The notes under the pieces are model-generated. The model did no database searches, was not told the origin of the DNA, and saw only the letters and a program-made list of their open reading frames with translations. Made by a program: the position numbers and the translations under genes. Shown piece after piece: positions 38,856-49,093 of a stretch of DNA of 64,000 bases. The stretch is from contig NZ_RFSK01000030.1 of assembly GCF_009923995.1 (NCBI RefSeq), forward strand, positions 1,358 through 65,357. The letters run 5' to 3'. Within the stretch, counting starts at the first letter, position 1. Each line of letters starts with the position of its first letter. This DNA comes from Janthinobacterium sp. (GTDB lineage: Bacteria > Pseudomonadota > Gammaproteobacteria > Burkholderiales > Burkholderiaceae_D).

Positions 38856-40421
38856 CTAGCGGCCCAGCCGGCGCGGTGCCGGGGCCGCGCGCTGCACCGC
38901 CGCGCCCACCTTGAACACGCTGACGATCTGCGCCAGGCCCGCCGCCTGCTCGTTCATGGCCTGCGCCGCCGCCGATGCCTGCTCGACGAGGGCCGAGTTT
39001 TGCTGCGTCATGTTGTCCATCTCGACGATGGCCTGGTTGATCTGCTCGATGCCGGCGCTCTGCTCGGCGCTGGCCGAGGAAATCTCGGCCACGATATCGG
39101 TCACGTGCTGCACGCTGGAAACGACTTTTTCCATCGTCTCGCCCGCCAGCGCGACGAGTTTTTCACCCGCGCCCACCTGTTCGGCGGAACTGTCGATCAA
39201 TTGCTTGATCTCTTTCGCGGCGGCGGCCGAGCGCTGCGCCAGGTTGCGCACTTCCGTCGCCACGACGGCGAAGCCACGGCCCTGCTCGCCCGCGCGCGCC
39301 GCTTCCACGGCCGCATTCAGGGCCAGGATATTCGTCTGGAAGGCGATGCCGTCGATGACGGCGATGATGTCGCCGATCTTTTGCGACGAGGCATTGATGG
39401 CGCCCATGGTCTCGACCACCTGGCCCACCACGCCGCCCGCCTGGCTTGCCACTTGCGAAGCGGAAATGGCCAGCTGGTTGGCCTGGCGCGCATTGTCCGC
39501 ATTCTGGCGCACGGTCGAGGTCATTTCTTCCATCGTCGAGGCCGTCTCTTCCAGGGAGCCCGCCTGCTGTTCCGTGCGCGCCGACAGGTCGTGGTTGCCG
39601 GACGCGATCTCGCCCGATGCCGTGGAGATCGATTCCGCATCCGTGCGCACCTGGCTCACCAGGTGCGCCAGGTTGTCGCGCATGGCCTTGATCGCCATCA
39701 GCAGGCTGGACGTGTCACCGGGGCGCGTGTCGATGTGCGTGGTCAGGTCGCCCTGGGCGATCTGCGCGACGATGGCGGCCGCGTAATCGGGTTCGCCGCC
39801 CAGCTGGCCCAGGATGCGGCGCAGCATCAGGGCCGCCAGGCCGCCCACCACCAGCATCAGCGCCGCGCCGATGGCCAGCAGCACGCCCGCCTGGGCCCAG
39901 AACTTGTGGTTGATGTCATCGATGTAGGTGCCCGTGCCGATGAGCCAGTCCCACGGCGCAAATTTCACCACCGCATACATCTTTGCCACGGGCTCGGCCA
40001 CGCCGGGCCGCGTGCCGTCCGCCTGCACGAGGCCGATGCGGCTGTTGGCCAGGGCCGCGCGGTAGCGGTCGCCCGACTGCTTCATGTTCTTTTGCGGCAC
40101 GCCGATGCGCGCTGCGTTCGGGTGCACGTACAGCAGGTCCGTGCTGAAATCGCGCACGAAATAATACATCTCGTCCTTGACGAAGCTGCCGATGGCCAGC
40201 TTGGCTTGCTGCTGGGCCTGCTCACGCGTGAGCTTGCCCGACTGTTCCAGCGCATACGCCTTTTCCACCGCAGCGTTGGCCAGCTCGACGAGCACCGTCA
40301 ATTGCTCGACGCGCTCGGCCATCATGGTCTGGCGCAGGGAATACAGGGAAAAGGAAGCGATGAGGACGATGCCCAGCAAGGTGCTGAAACACAATAAGAG
40401 TATGCGCGAACGGAGAGTCAT
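38856..40421 (-). CDS. Methyl-accepting chemotaxis protein with single Cache sensor
   Basis: TM-Cache-TM-HAMP, QTNILALNAAVEAARAGEQGRGFAVVA. Confidence 0.95.
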   Translation of the reverse strand: MTLRSRILLLCFSTLLGIVLIASFSLYSLRQTMMAERVEQLTVLVELANAAVEKAYALEQSGKLTREQAQQQAKLAIGSFVKDEMYYFVRDFSTDLLYVHPNAARIGVPQKNMKQSGDRYRAALANSRIGLVQADGTRPGVAEPVAKMYAVVKFAPWDWLIGTGTYIDDINHKFWAQAGVLLAIGAALMLVVGGLAALMLRRILGQLGGEPDYAAAIVAQIAQGDLTTHIDTRPGDTSSLLMAIKAMRDNLAHLVSQVRTDAESISTASGEIASGNHDLSARTEQQAGSLEETASTMEEMTSTVRQNADNARQANQLAISASQVASQAGGVVGQVVETMGAINASSQKIGDIIAVIDGIAFQTNILALNAAVEAARAGEQGRGFAVVATEVRNLAQRSAAAAKEIKQLIDSSAEQVGAGEKLVALAGETMEKVVSSVQHVTDIVAEISSASAEQSAGIEQINQAIVEMDNMTQQNSALVEQASAAAQAMNEQAAGLAQIVSVFKVGAAVQRAAPAPRRLGR

Positions 40422-40551
40422 GGATGCCTGGAGTCAAGGGAAAATAAGTTGCCCGATAGAAATCTTTTCAGAAAAGCAAAACGGGCGGCGCTACCGGGCT
40501 GATGCCCGGCAGGCACCGCCCGCGTTGTTGTTGATAAATCTCTGTGGCCGG

Positions 40552-40749
40552 TCAGGCCAAGGCTTCCTTGGCCGCCTCTTCCGGCGTCAAGCCGTCATAG
40601 AACTGGTCGGTAAACCACTCGACCTGCTCTTCGATGTGGTCCTGCGCCTGCGCCACGGTGGCGCCGCCGGCCACGAGGAAGCCTTCGACCTCGATGCACC
40701 AGTTGATCAATTCCAGGGTTTCCGGATCCAGCTCTTCTTTCTTGGCCAT
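40552..40749 (-). CDS. Small acidic hypothetical protein (65 aa)
   Basis: MAKKEELDPETLELINWC...GLTPEEAAKEALA; RBS AAGGA; coding-like composition. Confidence 0.7.
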   Translation of the reverse strand: MAKKEELDPETLELINWCIEVEGFLVAGGATVAQAQDHIEEQVEWFTDQFYDGLTPEEAAKEALA

Positions 40750-40844
40750 CGTGCATTCCTTGCTTGTTAATTGGCGATATCACATCAATAGGCGGCAGTT
40801 TAACAGCTTCGTCGCCCTGCCGCCCCGCATGTCCACAACAAGGA

Positions 40845-43688
40845 TTACTTTACCGCAACATTTTTACGTTCCGGATACAGCACCACCTGCACATAATTGT
40901 CCATGTTCAGGTAGCGCTGCGCCGCCTGCCGGACGGCTTGCGGCGTGATGGCCCGCACGCGCTGCTCGAAGCGCAGGATTTGCGCGGGGTCGCGTCCCTG
41001 CGTCACGGAACCCATCAGCTGGCTCATCCAGTAATTGTTTTCCCGCAAGGATTTCTGCTGGCGCGTGATCCAGTTCAGCTTGACCTTCTCCAGGTCGGCC
41101 GCCGAAGGCCCGTCCGTCTTCATCTTGTTGATTTCGGCAAACGCGGCGGCGATCACCTTGTCCACGTTTTCCGGCCCCGTCGGCAAGGTCAGGGCCACGG
41201 AGTAATGGCCGTAAGGGTGCTGGCCCATGGCCGTCTCGAAGCCGCCGCCGTAGATCATGCTCATCTTCTCGCGCAGCACTTCGATGACTTTCAGGTTCAG
41301 CACCTCGCCCAGCGCCTGCAGGGTCAGCTTCTGCTCGTCCGAGTAGGCCGCGTCGCCATTGAAGGTGATGGAAATCGTGCTTTTCGGCTCGCTGCCCATG
41401 TAGATGTCCTTCTTCACCACCCCGCTCACGGGGCGCATGCCCACGTCGCGGTAGGCATGCGCCACGTCGGCCACGGGCAAGGTGCCCAGGTAGCTGGCGA
41501 TCAGGGGCTTGATCTTGTCGAGATCGAAACTGCCCGTGAAGATGAAGGTCATGTCGCGCGCGCTGGAAAAGCGCTGGCGGAAGATGTCCAGCGAGCGGTC
41601 CAGGCCCACCTTGTCGAAGTCGGCCACGCGGGGCACGCCGTCGACGCGGGGGTTGTCGCCAAACGTGGCGTGCTGGATGGCGTCGTAGAACACGGCTTCC
41701 GGCTGCGCCATGCTGTTTTTCGCCAGGTCCTGCTGCTTGCCGATGAAGGACTGGTACAGGCCCGCATCCTTGCGCACGTCGTGGAAATACAGATACACCA
41801 GCTGCAGCATGGCTTCCACGTCGGCGCTGCTCGAGGAGCCGCCGAAGCCTTCGCTCAGTTCGCCCAGCGAGGCGCCCACGTTGACGGTCTTGCCGGCCAT
41901 GACTTTTTGCAAGTCCAGCGGCGCCAGGTCCTTCAGGCCCATGCTGCCGACGATGGCGCTGGCATAGCGGGCGTTATAGATGTCCGCGTCGCCAAACAGC
42001 GACTGGCCGCCGAAGCGGGTCGAGCCCATCAGCACCTGGTCATTCTTGAAATCCGTCGGCTTGAGCAGTACGCGCACGCCATTGCCCAGGGTCAGTTCCG
42101 TCACGCCGATGGCGCTGTTGCGCTTTTCCGCGACGATGCTGCCGCCCGCCGGCGGGCCGTCCATCAGCTTGCTGGCAAGCACTTTTTCCGTGCGCGGCTC
42201 GACCTTCTGCCGCTCCGCTTGCGCCACGGCATCGAGCAATTGCTGCTGCGTCGGCACCGTCGGGGCGGCATCGCCCGCCTTCGCTTCGGCACCCATGAAG
42301 ACGACGAGTTTCTTTTGCTGGTCGGGAATGACCTTGGCCACCGTCTCGTTGATTTCCTGCAGCGTTACCTGTGGCAAGAGCTCCTGTGCATACAGCAGCT
42401 CGTTGGCGATGCCGGGGATGGCTTCCTGCTCGAGGAAGTTGCGCGAATATTCGGCGACGAAACCGGCCGAATCGGACTTGTCGCGCTCGCTGTACGCGCG
42501 CTCGTAGTTGCGCAGCATGTTCTTGCGCGCGCGGTCCAGCTCATCCTGGCTGAAACCGAAGCGGCGCGCCCGCTCGTCTTCCTGCACCAGCGCATCGACG
42601 GCCGGCTGCACGCCGCCCTTGCCCAGCAAGGCATACGCGCTGAACGATTCATAGCCGCGCACCAGCTTGCCCATGCTGCTGCCGCCCTGGATGAACGGCG
42701 GGTTGGCCTGCTGCGACAATTCCTGCATGCGCGCGCTGAGCATCTGGCCGTACAGGTTTTCGATCATCTGGCGGCGGTAGTCGGCAATCGTGACGGGCTC
42801 CTGCGCCGGACGGATGGGGTAGCGGATGAAGACGGTATCGTCCGGCGCTTCCTTGTCCGTGATGACCAGCGCTTCCGTCTGCGAACGCTGGGGCACTTCC
42901 GCATACAGGCGGGGACGCGGCTTGGCGGGGTTCTTCAGCTTGCCGAAATGCTGCTGGATCAGCTTTTCGGCCTGCTTCGGCTCCACGTCGCCCACCACCA
43001 TCACGGCCATCAGGTCGGGACGGTACCAATCCTTGTAGAAACGCTTGATGGCTTCCGGCTTGAAGGTCTTCAGGATGGATTCCTTGCCGATCGGCATGCG
43101 TTCCGCGTAGCGCGAACCATTCAGCAGCTTCGGGTACAGCACCTTGTTCATGCGGTCGCTGGCGCCCTTGCCCAGGCGTGCCTCTTCCAGCACGATGCCG
43201 CGCTCGCTGTTGATGTCGGCCGGATTGAATTTCAAGCCGTGCGCCCAGTCTTCCAGCACGAGGAAACCCTTTTCCAGGTTTTCCTTCCTGTTCGTCGGAA
43301 TCGGCAAGACATACACGGTTTCATCGAAACTCGTGTAGGCGTTCAGGTCGGCGCCGAATTTCACGCCGATCGATTGCAGATAGGAAATCAGTTCATTGCG
43401 CTTGAAATGCGTCGAGCCGTTGAAGGCCATGTGTTCCGTGAAATGCGCCAAGCCTTGCTGGTCGTCATCTTCGAGGATGGAGCCAGCCTTCACGACCAGG
43501 CGCAGCTCCACTTTCTGCGCGGGACGGGCATTTTTCTTGATGTAGTAGGTCAAGCCGTTCGGCAGTTTTCCAACGGTAACTTCCGGTGCCACAGGCAGGG
43601 GATCGCTCAAACGGATTTCCGCCTGGGCCATGCAGGCGCAGGCCAGCAGGACGGCGCCCGAGATCAGGCGTAATTTACTCAGCTTCAT
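40845..43688 (-). CDS. M16 family zinc metallopeptidase (PqqL-like), secreted
   Basis: Signal peptide, GLAHFTEHMAFNGS (HxxEH), NAYTSFDETVY. Confidence 0.93.
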   Translation of the reverse strand: MKLSKLRLISGAVLLACACMAQAEIRLSDPLPVAPEVTVGKLPNGLTYYIKKNARPAQKVELRLVVKAGSILEDDDQQGLAHFTEHMAFNGSTHFKRNELISYLQSIGVKFGADLNAYTSFDETVYVLPIPTNRKENLEKGFLVLEDWAHGLKFNPADINSERGIVLEEARLGKGASDRMNKVLYPKLLNGSRYAERMPIGKESILKTFKPEAIKRFYKDWYRPDLMAVMVVGDVEPKQAEKLIQQHFGKLKNPAKPRPRLYAEVPQRSQTEALVITDKEAPDDTVFIRYPIRPAQEPVTIADYRRQMIENLYGQMLSARMQELSQQANPPFIQGGSSMGKLVRGYESFSAYALLGKGGVQPAVDALVQEDERARRFGFSQDELDRARKNMLRNYERAYSERDKSDSAGFVAEYSRNFLEQEAIPGIANELLYAQELLPQVTLQEINETVAKVIPDQQKKLVVFMGAEAKAGDAAPTVPTQQQLLDAVAQAERQKVEPRTEKVLASKLMDGPPAGGSIVAEKRNSAIGVTELTLGNGVRVLLKPTDFKNDQVLMGSTRFGGQSLFGDADIYNARYASAIVGSMGLKDLAPLDLQKVMAGKTVNVGASLGELSEGFGGSSSSADVEAMLQLVYLYFHDVRKDAGLYQSFIGKQQDLAKNSMAQPEAVFYDAIQHATFGDNPRVDGVPRVADFDKVGLDRSLDIFRQRFSSARDMTFIFTGSFDLDKIKPLIASYLGTLPVADVAHAYRDVGMRPVSGVVKKDIYMGSEPKSTISITFNGDAAYSDEQKLTLQALGEVLNLKVIEVLREKMSMIYGGGFETAMGQHPYGHYSVALTLPTGPENVDKVIAAAFAEINKMKTDGPSAADLEKVKLNWITRQQKSLRENNYWMSQLMGSVTQGRDPAQILRFEQRVRAITPQAVRQAAQRYLNMDNYVQVVLYPERKNVAVK

Positions 43689-43874
43689 GTATTCTCAACG
43701 GTAAGATTCAGTAAGCATACCTTACACCGAATTCCTCTTTCCGCCATTAAAAATAGCTTAGGGAAAACTGCTTTTCCCAGGCAACTTTGCCGAATAACAA
43801 ACGCATCCCTGCCCTGCCGGTTTTTTTCATCTGTGCTAAAGTATTGCCGCCGGTCATGTGACCGGCACAACAAT

Positions 43875-44021
43875 ACGTCTTCGGGGCGGGGTGCGATTCC
43901 CCACCGGCGGTAAGACCGGCAACGGTCAAGCCCGCGAGCGCTTGCCAGGCACCGCCTGGTGAGGTCAGCAGATCTGGTGTGACTCCAGAGCCGACGGTAT
44001 AGTCCGGATGAAAGAAGATGT
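43875..44021 (+). ncRNA. FMN riboswitch (RFN element)
   Basis: CGTCTTCGGGGCGGGGTGCGATTCCCCACCGGCGGTA...AGCCCGCGAGCG...GTCAGCAGATCTGGTG...AGAGCCGACGGTATAGTCCGGATGAAAGAAGATG upstream of ribB. Confidence 0.96.
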
Positions 44022-44117
44022 GCAGTAGTGTGATGTCCCATCGCCACGGCGATGCGGTCAGTTGCGTCTATTCGCTTGCCCTGTTGCGTTTTTCGCTGAT
44101 GCGAGGAGCGTTCCACC

Positions 44118-44765
44118 ATGTTAGTCAACAGCTATACCCTGCTTTCCAACGACCTCGAAGGTCGCATCCAGTCCGCCCTGGCCGCCATGCGCGCCGGCGT
44201 GCCCGTCATCCTGCTCGACGATTTCGACCGTGAAAACGAAGCCGACCTGATCCTGTCTGCCGAGAAACTCACCAACGAAACCATGGCCCTGTTGATCCGC
44301 GAATGCAGCGGCATCGTCTGCCTGTGCCTGCCGACTGACGTCGTCAGCGCCCTGGAGTTGCCGCCCATGTCGTCCGACAACGGCAGCCGCTACGGCACGC
44401 CGTTTACCGTCTCCATCGAGGCGCGCGAGGGCGTCACGACGGGCGTGTCGGCCGCCGACCGCGTCACCACCATTCGCGCCGCCATCGCCAAGGATGCCAA
44501 GCCGTCCGACCTGGTGCGTCCCGGCCACGTCTTCCCCCTGCGCGCCGCGCCCGGCGGCGTGCTCGAGCGCCGTGGCCACACGGAAGGTTCCGTCGACCTG
44601 TCGCGCCTGGCGGGCCTGAACCCGGCCGCCGTGCTGTGCGAGCTGATGAATCCGGACGGCACCATGATGCGCGGCGACGATATCGAGCGCTTCGCCGAAC
44701 TGCACGGCATGCCCATTTTGACCATCGAGGAACTGGTCGAATGGCGCAGCAAGCACCAGCAATAA
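44118..44765 (+). CDS. ribB: 3,4-dihydroxy-2-butanone-4-phosphate synthase
   Basis: [45 protein letters not shown]. Confidence 0.96.
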   Translation: MLVNSYTLLSNDLEGRIQSALAAMRAGVPVILLDDFDRENEADLILSAEKLTNETMALLIRECSGIVCLCLPTDVVSALELPPMSSDNGSRYGTPFTVSIEAREGVTTGVSAADRVTTIRAAIAKDAKPSDLVRPGHVFPLRAAPGGVLERRGHTEGSVDLSRLAGLNPAAVLCELMNPDGTMMRGDDIERFAELHGMPILTIEELVEWRSKHQQ

Positions 44766-44769
44766 TCCG

Positions 44770-46140
44770 TCAGACGGCGGCCGCCGTCGGCACCCGCACG
44801 TGGCGGTAGACGAGGCTGGCGGCCAGCGCATACGCGGCGGCGATCGTCGCGTAGGCCAGCGGCAGGCGCAGCGACCAGTCTTGCACCATGTGCAGGATGC
44901 TGCCCATCAGGGCCACGCCCACCAGCGCGCCGATTTGCCGGTTCGCATTCAGGGCCGCCGCCGCGCTGTTCGCATGCTGCTTGCCGGCCACCCGCATCAC
45001 GGTGGCCGTCATGGCGGGAATGGCGATGCCGATGGCCACGTTCATGACGGCCGTGCCCAGCGCCAGCAAGACGTAGGGCGTGGCGGGACGCAAGGCCATC
45101 AACAGCAAGGCCATGCCGGCACCCACCAGCAAGCCTAGCAGCATGGGCCGGCGCGTGCCATGACGCGCCGCAATACTTCCCGCCATAAAATTCCCCACCG
45201 TATAGGCCGCCATCATGGGCAGCAGGCGCAAGCCCGACTGCAGGGCATCGGCGCCGCCCGCTTGCTGCAGGAACAGGCTGAGCAAAAACAGCTGGCCGAA
45301 GACGCAGAAATTGATCAGGAAACCGACGCCATTGGCCGCGCCGAAGCTGCTGCTGTCAAACAGGGCGCGCGGCAGCAGCGGATGGCTGCCACGGCGCTCG
45401 CGCCGCAGCAACAGCAAGGCCGACGCCGCCGTCAGCGTCCCCGCCGCCAGCACGCCCGGCGACAGCCAGCCCAGCACGGGTCCTTCGATGAGCACGAAAC
45501 TGAGGCCTGCCAGCGCCAGCACGCCGAGCGCATGGCTGAGCAGCGACAGCGCGCGCGGCTGGCGCGCCGGTGCCGCCAGCAGCAGCTGCGCCATGACGAT
45601 GGCCAGCAGGCCCAGCGGCACATTCACCCAGAAGACGCTGCGCCAGCCGAACTGGTGCACGAGGATGCCGCCGATCAAAGGACCGGACGCGCCCGCCACG
45701 CCCACCAGGGCCGACCAGGCGCCCAGCATGCGCGTGCGCACCTTGTCATCGTCGAAACTGTGCGTCAGCAGGCTGAGCGAACTGGGCATGAACAGGGCCG
45801 CGCCCGCCCCTTGCAGCAGGCGCGCGGCCGTGAGGAAATGCCCGTCGGGCGCGGCGCCGCACAGGACCGAACCGAGCAGGAAGATGCCCAGGCCGCCCTG
45901 GTACACGGTTTTCGGCCCGTAGCGGTCGGCCAGCGCGCCGCCGGCCAGCAGCAGCGCGGCAAACGTCAGGGTATAGCCGTCGACCACCCACACGAGGCCG
46001 GTGAGGGGGATGGCCAGGTCGAGCGCGATATCGGACAGCGCCACGTTGACGGCCGTGACGTCGAGCATGGCCATGACGAAGCCGAAGGCCAGGGTCAGCA
46101 GGATCAGGCCGTTGCTGCGGCGTGGGGGAGGGACAGACAT
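44770..46140 (-). CDS. MFS transporter, DHA2 (14-TM) drug efflux type
   Basis: LDVTAVNVAL, WVVDGYTLTFAALLLAGGALADRYG, ARLLQGAGAA, GPLIGG. Confidence 0.9.
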   Translation of the reverse strand: MSVPPPRRSNGLILLTLAFGFVMAMLDVTAVNVALSDIALDLAIPLTGLVWVVDGYTLTFAALLLAGGALADRYGPKTVYQGGLGIFLLGSVLCGAAPDGHFLTAARLLQGAGAALFMPSSLSLLTHSFDDDKVRTRMLGAWSALVGVAGASGPLIGGILVHQFGWRSVFWVNVPLGLLAIVMAQLLLAAPARQPRALSLLSHALGVLALAGLSFVLIEGPVLGWLSPGVLAAGTLTAASALLLLRRERRGSHPLLPRALFDSSSFGAANGVGFLINFCVFGQLFLLSLFLQQAGGADALQSGLRLLPMMAAYTVGNFMAGSIAARHGTRRPMLLGLLVGAGMALLLMALRPATPYVLLALGTAVMNVAIGIAIPAMTATVMRVAGKQHANSAAAALNANRQIGALVGVALMGSILHMVQDWSLRLPLAYATIAAAYALAASLVYRHVRVPTAAAV

Positions 46141-46223
46141 GATGGTTTCCTTGCAAAGGCAGCGGGGGCAGTCATTGTAGGAAGCTTGAAGAATGCAGTA
46201 AACAGGCATAAAATCGGCACACC

Positions 46224-46239
46224 GATGCAAAAATGCATC
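46224..46239. promoter_or_regulatory. Dyad in the divergent MFS/LysR promoter region, candidate regulator site
   Basis: GATGCA-N4-TGCATC; spacing differs by 1 nt from the canonical LysR T-N11-A box. Confidence 0.4.
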
Positions 46240-46259
46240 AACAAAAAGAGGACGGGAGC

Positions 46260-47126
46260 ATGGACTGGGATAACGCGCGCATCTTTCTCGCCATCGGCCG
46301 CGCCGGCACCCTGCGCGGCGCGGCGGCCCTGCTGTGCATCGACCAGGCCACCTGCGGGCGCCGCCTGGCCGCGCTGGAAAGCGCGCTGGGCGCCACCCTG
46401 TTCCTGCGCACGCCATCGGGCTACGTGCCCACGCCGGCCGGCGAACTGGCCTTGAGCGCCGCCGAAGCGATGGAGCGGGCCGCCGACAAGCTGCAGCGCG
46501 AGATGCAGGGCGTCGACAACCGTTTAAGCGGCCTGGTGCGCGTGGCCACCACGGACACCATGGCCAGCCATTTCGTCATCCGCGCCATGCAGCGGCTGCA
46601 TGCGGCCCACCCGGACATCCGCATCGTACTCAACGTGGCGCCCGCGCTGGCCAGCCTGACGCGGCGCGAAGCGGACCTGGCCGTGCGCGGCGTGCGGCCC
46701 ACCGACCCGGACCTGATCTCGCGCCACCTCGTCAAGCGCAGCCTGGGCCTGTATGCCTCAAAAAGCTATCTGGCCGAACGGGGCGAACCCGTGCGCGGCA
46801 CGGCCCTGGCCGGGCACGACATCGTCATCTACCACCAGTCCGTGACGCCGCGCCATGGAGACAAGATCGCCGGCGAACCCGTCGCCAACGCCAGGGTGGC
46901 CATGGAAGTGAACTCGGCCATGATGCTGCAGGAAGCCACGCGGGCGGGCCTGGGCGTGGCCGAGCTGGCCACCCACCTGGGCGACATCGACCCGCAGCTC
47001 GTGCGCATCTGGCCCGAGCGGGCGGAAAGCTACGACGTGTGGCTGGTCATGCACGCGGACCTGAACCGCTCGGCCAGGGTGCGCGCCGCGGCCGACGCCA
47101 TCATCGCCGGCGTGGCCGCCCCCTAG
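46260..47126 (+). CDS. LysR family transcriptional regulator
   Basis: MDWDNARIFLAI...GTLRGAA..L...Q.T..RRL..LE..LG..LF.R; divergent from the MFS gene. Confidence 0.93.
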   Translation: MDWDNARIFLAIGRAGTLRGAAALLCIDQATCGRRLAALESALGATLFLRTPSGYVPTPAGELALSAAEAMERAADKLQREMQGVDNRLSGLVRVATTDTMASHFVIRAMQRLHAAHPDIRIVLNVAPALASLTRREADLAVRGVRPTDPDLISRHLVKRSLGLYASKSYLAERGEPVRGTALAGHDIVIYHQSVTPRHGDKIAGEPVANARVAMEVNSAMMLQEATRAGLGVAELATHLGDIDPQLVRIWPERAESYDVWLVMHADLNRSARVRAAADAIIAGVAAP

Positions 47127-47184
47127 CGGGCCTGCGCACGGCTGGACAATCGCTTGTCCGCAGCGCATCCAATGTTAAGATGCC

Positions 47185-48003
47185 ATGATGACCCCATCCG
47201 TTTCCCTCATCATCAGCCTGCGCCGCCTGCACCGGGCCACCATGGCCTGGCTGGGCAGCTGGTGGCGGCTGCTGCATTTCGCCATCCTCGTGTTTTCGCT
47301 GGCCCTGTCGCCGTCGAGCTATAACCGCGCCAACCGCCCCATCCTGGCGCACCGGCTGGTGACGAACACGGCGCCCAACCTCGTGTGGTTCAGCGTCGCC
47401 TGCGCCCTCGTCAGCCTGGTGCTCATCCGCATTGTCGTCGTCAGCGCGCAAAGCTACGGCCTGTCGCGCTATGCGCTGGAAATGGTGGTGCGCGTGCTGG
47501 TGCTGGAACTGATCCCGCTGACGGCCGCCCTGTTCGTCGCCCTGCGCCTGACCTTGCCGGACGGCATTGCGTTTGCGCAAATGCGCTCTTCCGGCGTGCT
47601 CGACACCATGCAGCGCCAGGGCGTCGACCTGCTGCGCCGCGAATACTTTCCGCGCGTCATGTCCGGCATCTTCGCCGTGTGGATGCTGGCCATCGTCAGC
47701 TGCGTCACCTCGCTGGTGCTCGCCTACCTCACCATCTACGGTTTTACCCCGTGGGCGCTGCAGGGCTACACGCGCGTGGTGGGACAGATCTTCAATCCCG
47801 CCGTGGCCCTGATCCTGATGCTCAAGGTCATCTTCTTCAGCTTTGCCGTGGCCCTGATCCCCCTCGCCTCCTCGTACTACCCGGAAGACCCGCACAGCCG
47901 GCGCAACCGCCTGTGGGCCGCGCACGGCCTGTCCGAGATGCTGCGCCTGTTTTCCGTCATCCTGCTGATCGAAGTGGCATCGCTGATGGGCAATTACTAC
48001 TGA
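47185..48003 (+). CDS. MlaE-like ABC permease
   Basis: LVLELIPLTAALFVA, M...G.LD.M..QGVD....YFPR; precedes an MCE gene. Confidence 0.8.
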   Translation: MMTPSVSLIISLRRLHRATMAWLGSWWRLLHFAILVFSLALSPSSYNRANRPILAHRLVTNTAPNLVWFSVACALVSLVLIRIVVVSAQSYGLSRYALEMVVRVLVLELIPLTAALFVALRLTLPDGIAFAQMRSSGVLDTMQRQGVDLLRREYFPRVMSGIFAVWMLAIVSCVTSLVLAYLTIYGFTPWALQGYTRVVGQIFNPAVALILMLKVIFFSFAVALIPLASSYYPEDPHSRRNRLWAAHGLSEMLRLFSVILLIEVASLMGNYY

Positions 48004-48061
48004 TGCCCCGCGCCCGCCACCGCCAGCGATCCACGAACCACCCATACGAGAGCCAGAAGCC

Positions 48062-49093
48062 ATGAGCCAGCCCCAGCCACCCACTCCCGACCAGGTCGAC
48101 GTCACGGCGCCCGCCGGTCTCACGCAGGAAACCGTCCTGCCCGCGCCGCCGCCCGTGCGCCACGCCGAACTGAAGGCAGCTATCCTGCTCGTCTTCATGT
48201 TCGTGCTGGTGGTCGGCTCCGTCGTCTACCTGATGTACGCGCGCGGCGCCTTCGAAGCCACGCAGACGCTGGTGCTGACGACGGACGATTCGGACGGCGT
48301 GGGCGTGGGCGCCGACCTGACCTTCTCCGGCTTTCCCATCGGCCGCGTGCAGCGCATCGAGCTGGCGCCGGACGGCAAGGCCCGCGTCATCGTCGACGTG
48401 CCGAGGAAGGATGCGCACTGGCTGCGCACCAGCTCCATCTTCACCCTGGAACGGGGCATCGTGGGCGGCGCCAAGCTGCGCGCCTACAGCGGCATCCTGA
48501 CGGACCCGCCCCTGCCCGACGACGCCACGCGCGACCTGCTGGTGGGCGACATGGCGGCGGAAATCCCGCGCCTGCTGTCGGCCGCGAAAGATTTGCTGAA
48601 CAACCTGGGCAGCCTGACGGGCACCGATTCCGCGCTCGACAGCACCATGCGCAACGTGCAGGCCGTCACTGGCAAGCTCAGCGGTCCGGGCGGCGCCATG
48701 GGCTTGCTGACGGGCGACGACAAGCAGTCGCGCCTGCTCGTCGAGCGGGCCAACGCCCTGCTGGCCACGGCCGACCAGCTGGCGCGCCGCACGGATGCCC
48801 TGGTGGGCAATGCGGACCGGCGCGTGTTCGGCGAGCAAGGCGTCATGACGGATGCGCAAGCCACCATCGTGCAGCTGAACGCCCTGCTGGCCGACACACG
48901 CGCCAGCCTGAAGAAGGTCGACGCCGTGCTGGTCGAGGCACAGGCCGTGGGCGCCAACGCCAAGGCGGCGACGGCGGACCTGGGTCCGCTGCGCGCCGAC
49001 GTGGAAAGCAACCTGCGCAAGGTCGAGCAGCTGGTCAATGACATCAACCGCAAGTGGCCATTCAAGCGCAACCCGGAGATCAAGCTGCCATGA
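48062..49093 (+). CDS. MlaD/MCE family protein with long helical C-terminus
   Basis: TM followed by DGVGVGADLTFSGFPIGRVQRI and GIVGG MCE motifs. Confidence 0.88.
   Translation: MSQPQPPTPDQVDVTAPAGLTQETVLPAPPPVRHAELKAAILLVFMFVLVVGSVVYLMYARGAFEATQTLVLTTDDSDGVGVGADLTFSGFPIGRVQRIELAPDGKARVIVDVPRKDAHWLRTSSIFTLERGIVGGAKLRAYSGILTDPPLPDDATRDLLVGDMAAEIPRLLSAAKDLLNNLGSLTGTDSALDSTMRNVQAVTGKLSGPGGAMGLLTGDDKQSRLLVERANALLATADQLARRTDALVGNADRRVFGEQGVMTDAQATIVQLNALLADTRASLKKVDAVLVEAQAVGANAKAATADLGPLRADVESNLRKVEQLVNDINRKWPFKRNPEIKLP

Noticed and set aside
43875-44765. FMN riboswitch-ribB as a novel finding
   Set aside because: Well-known arrangement; listed as features only.
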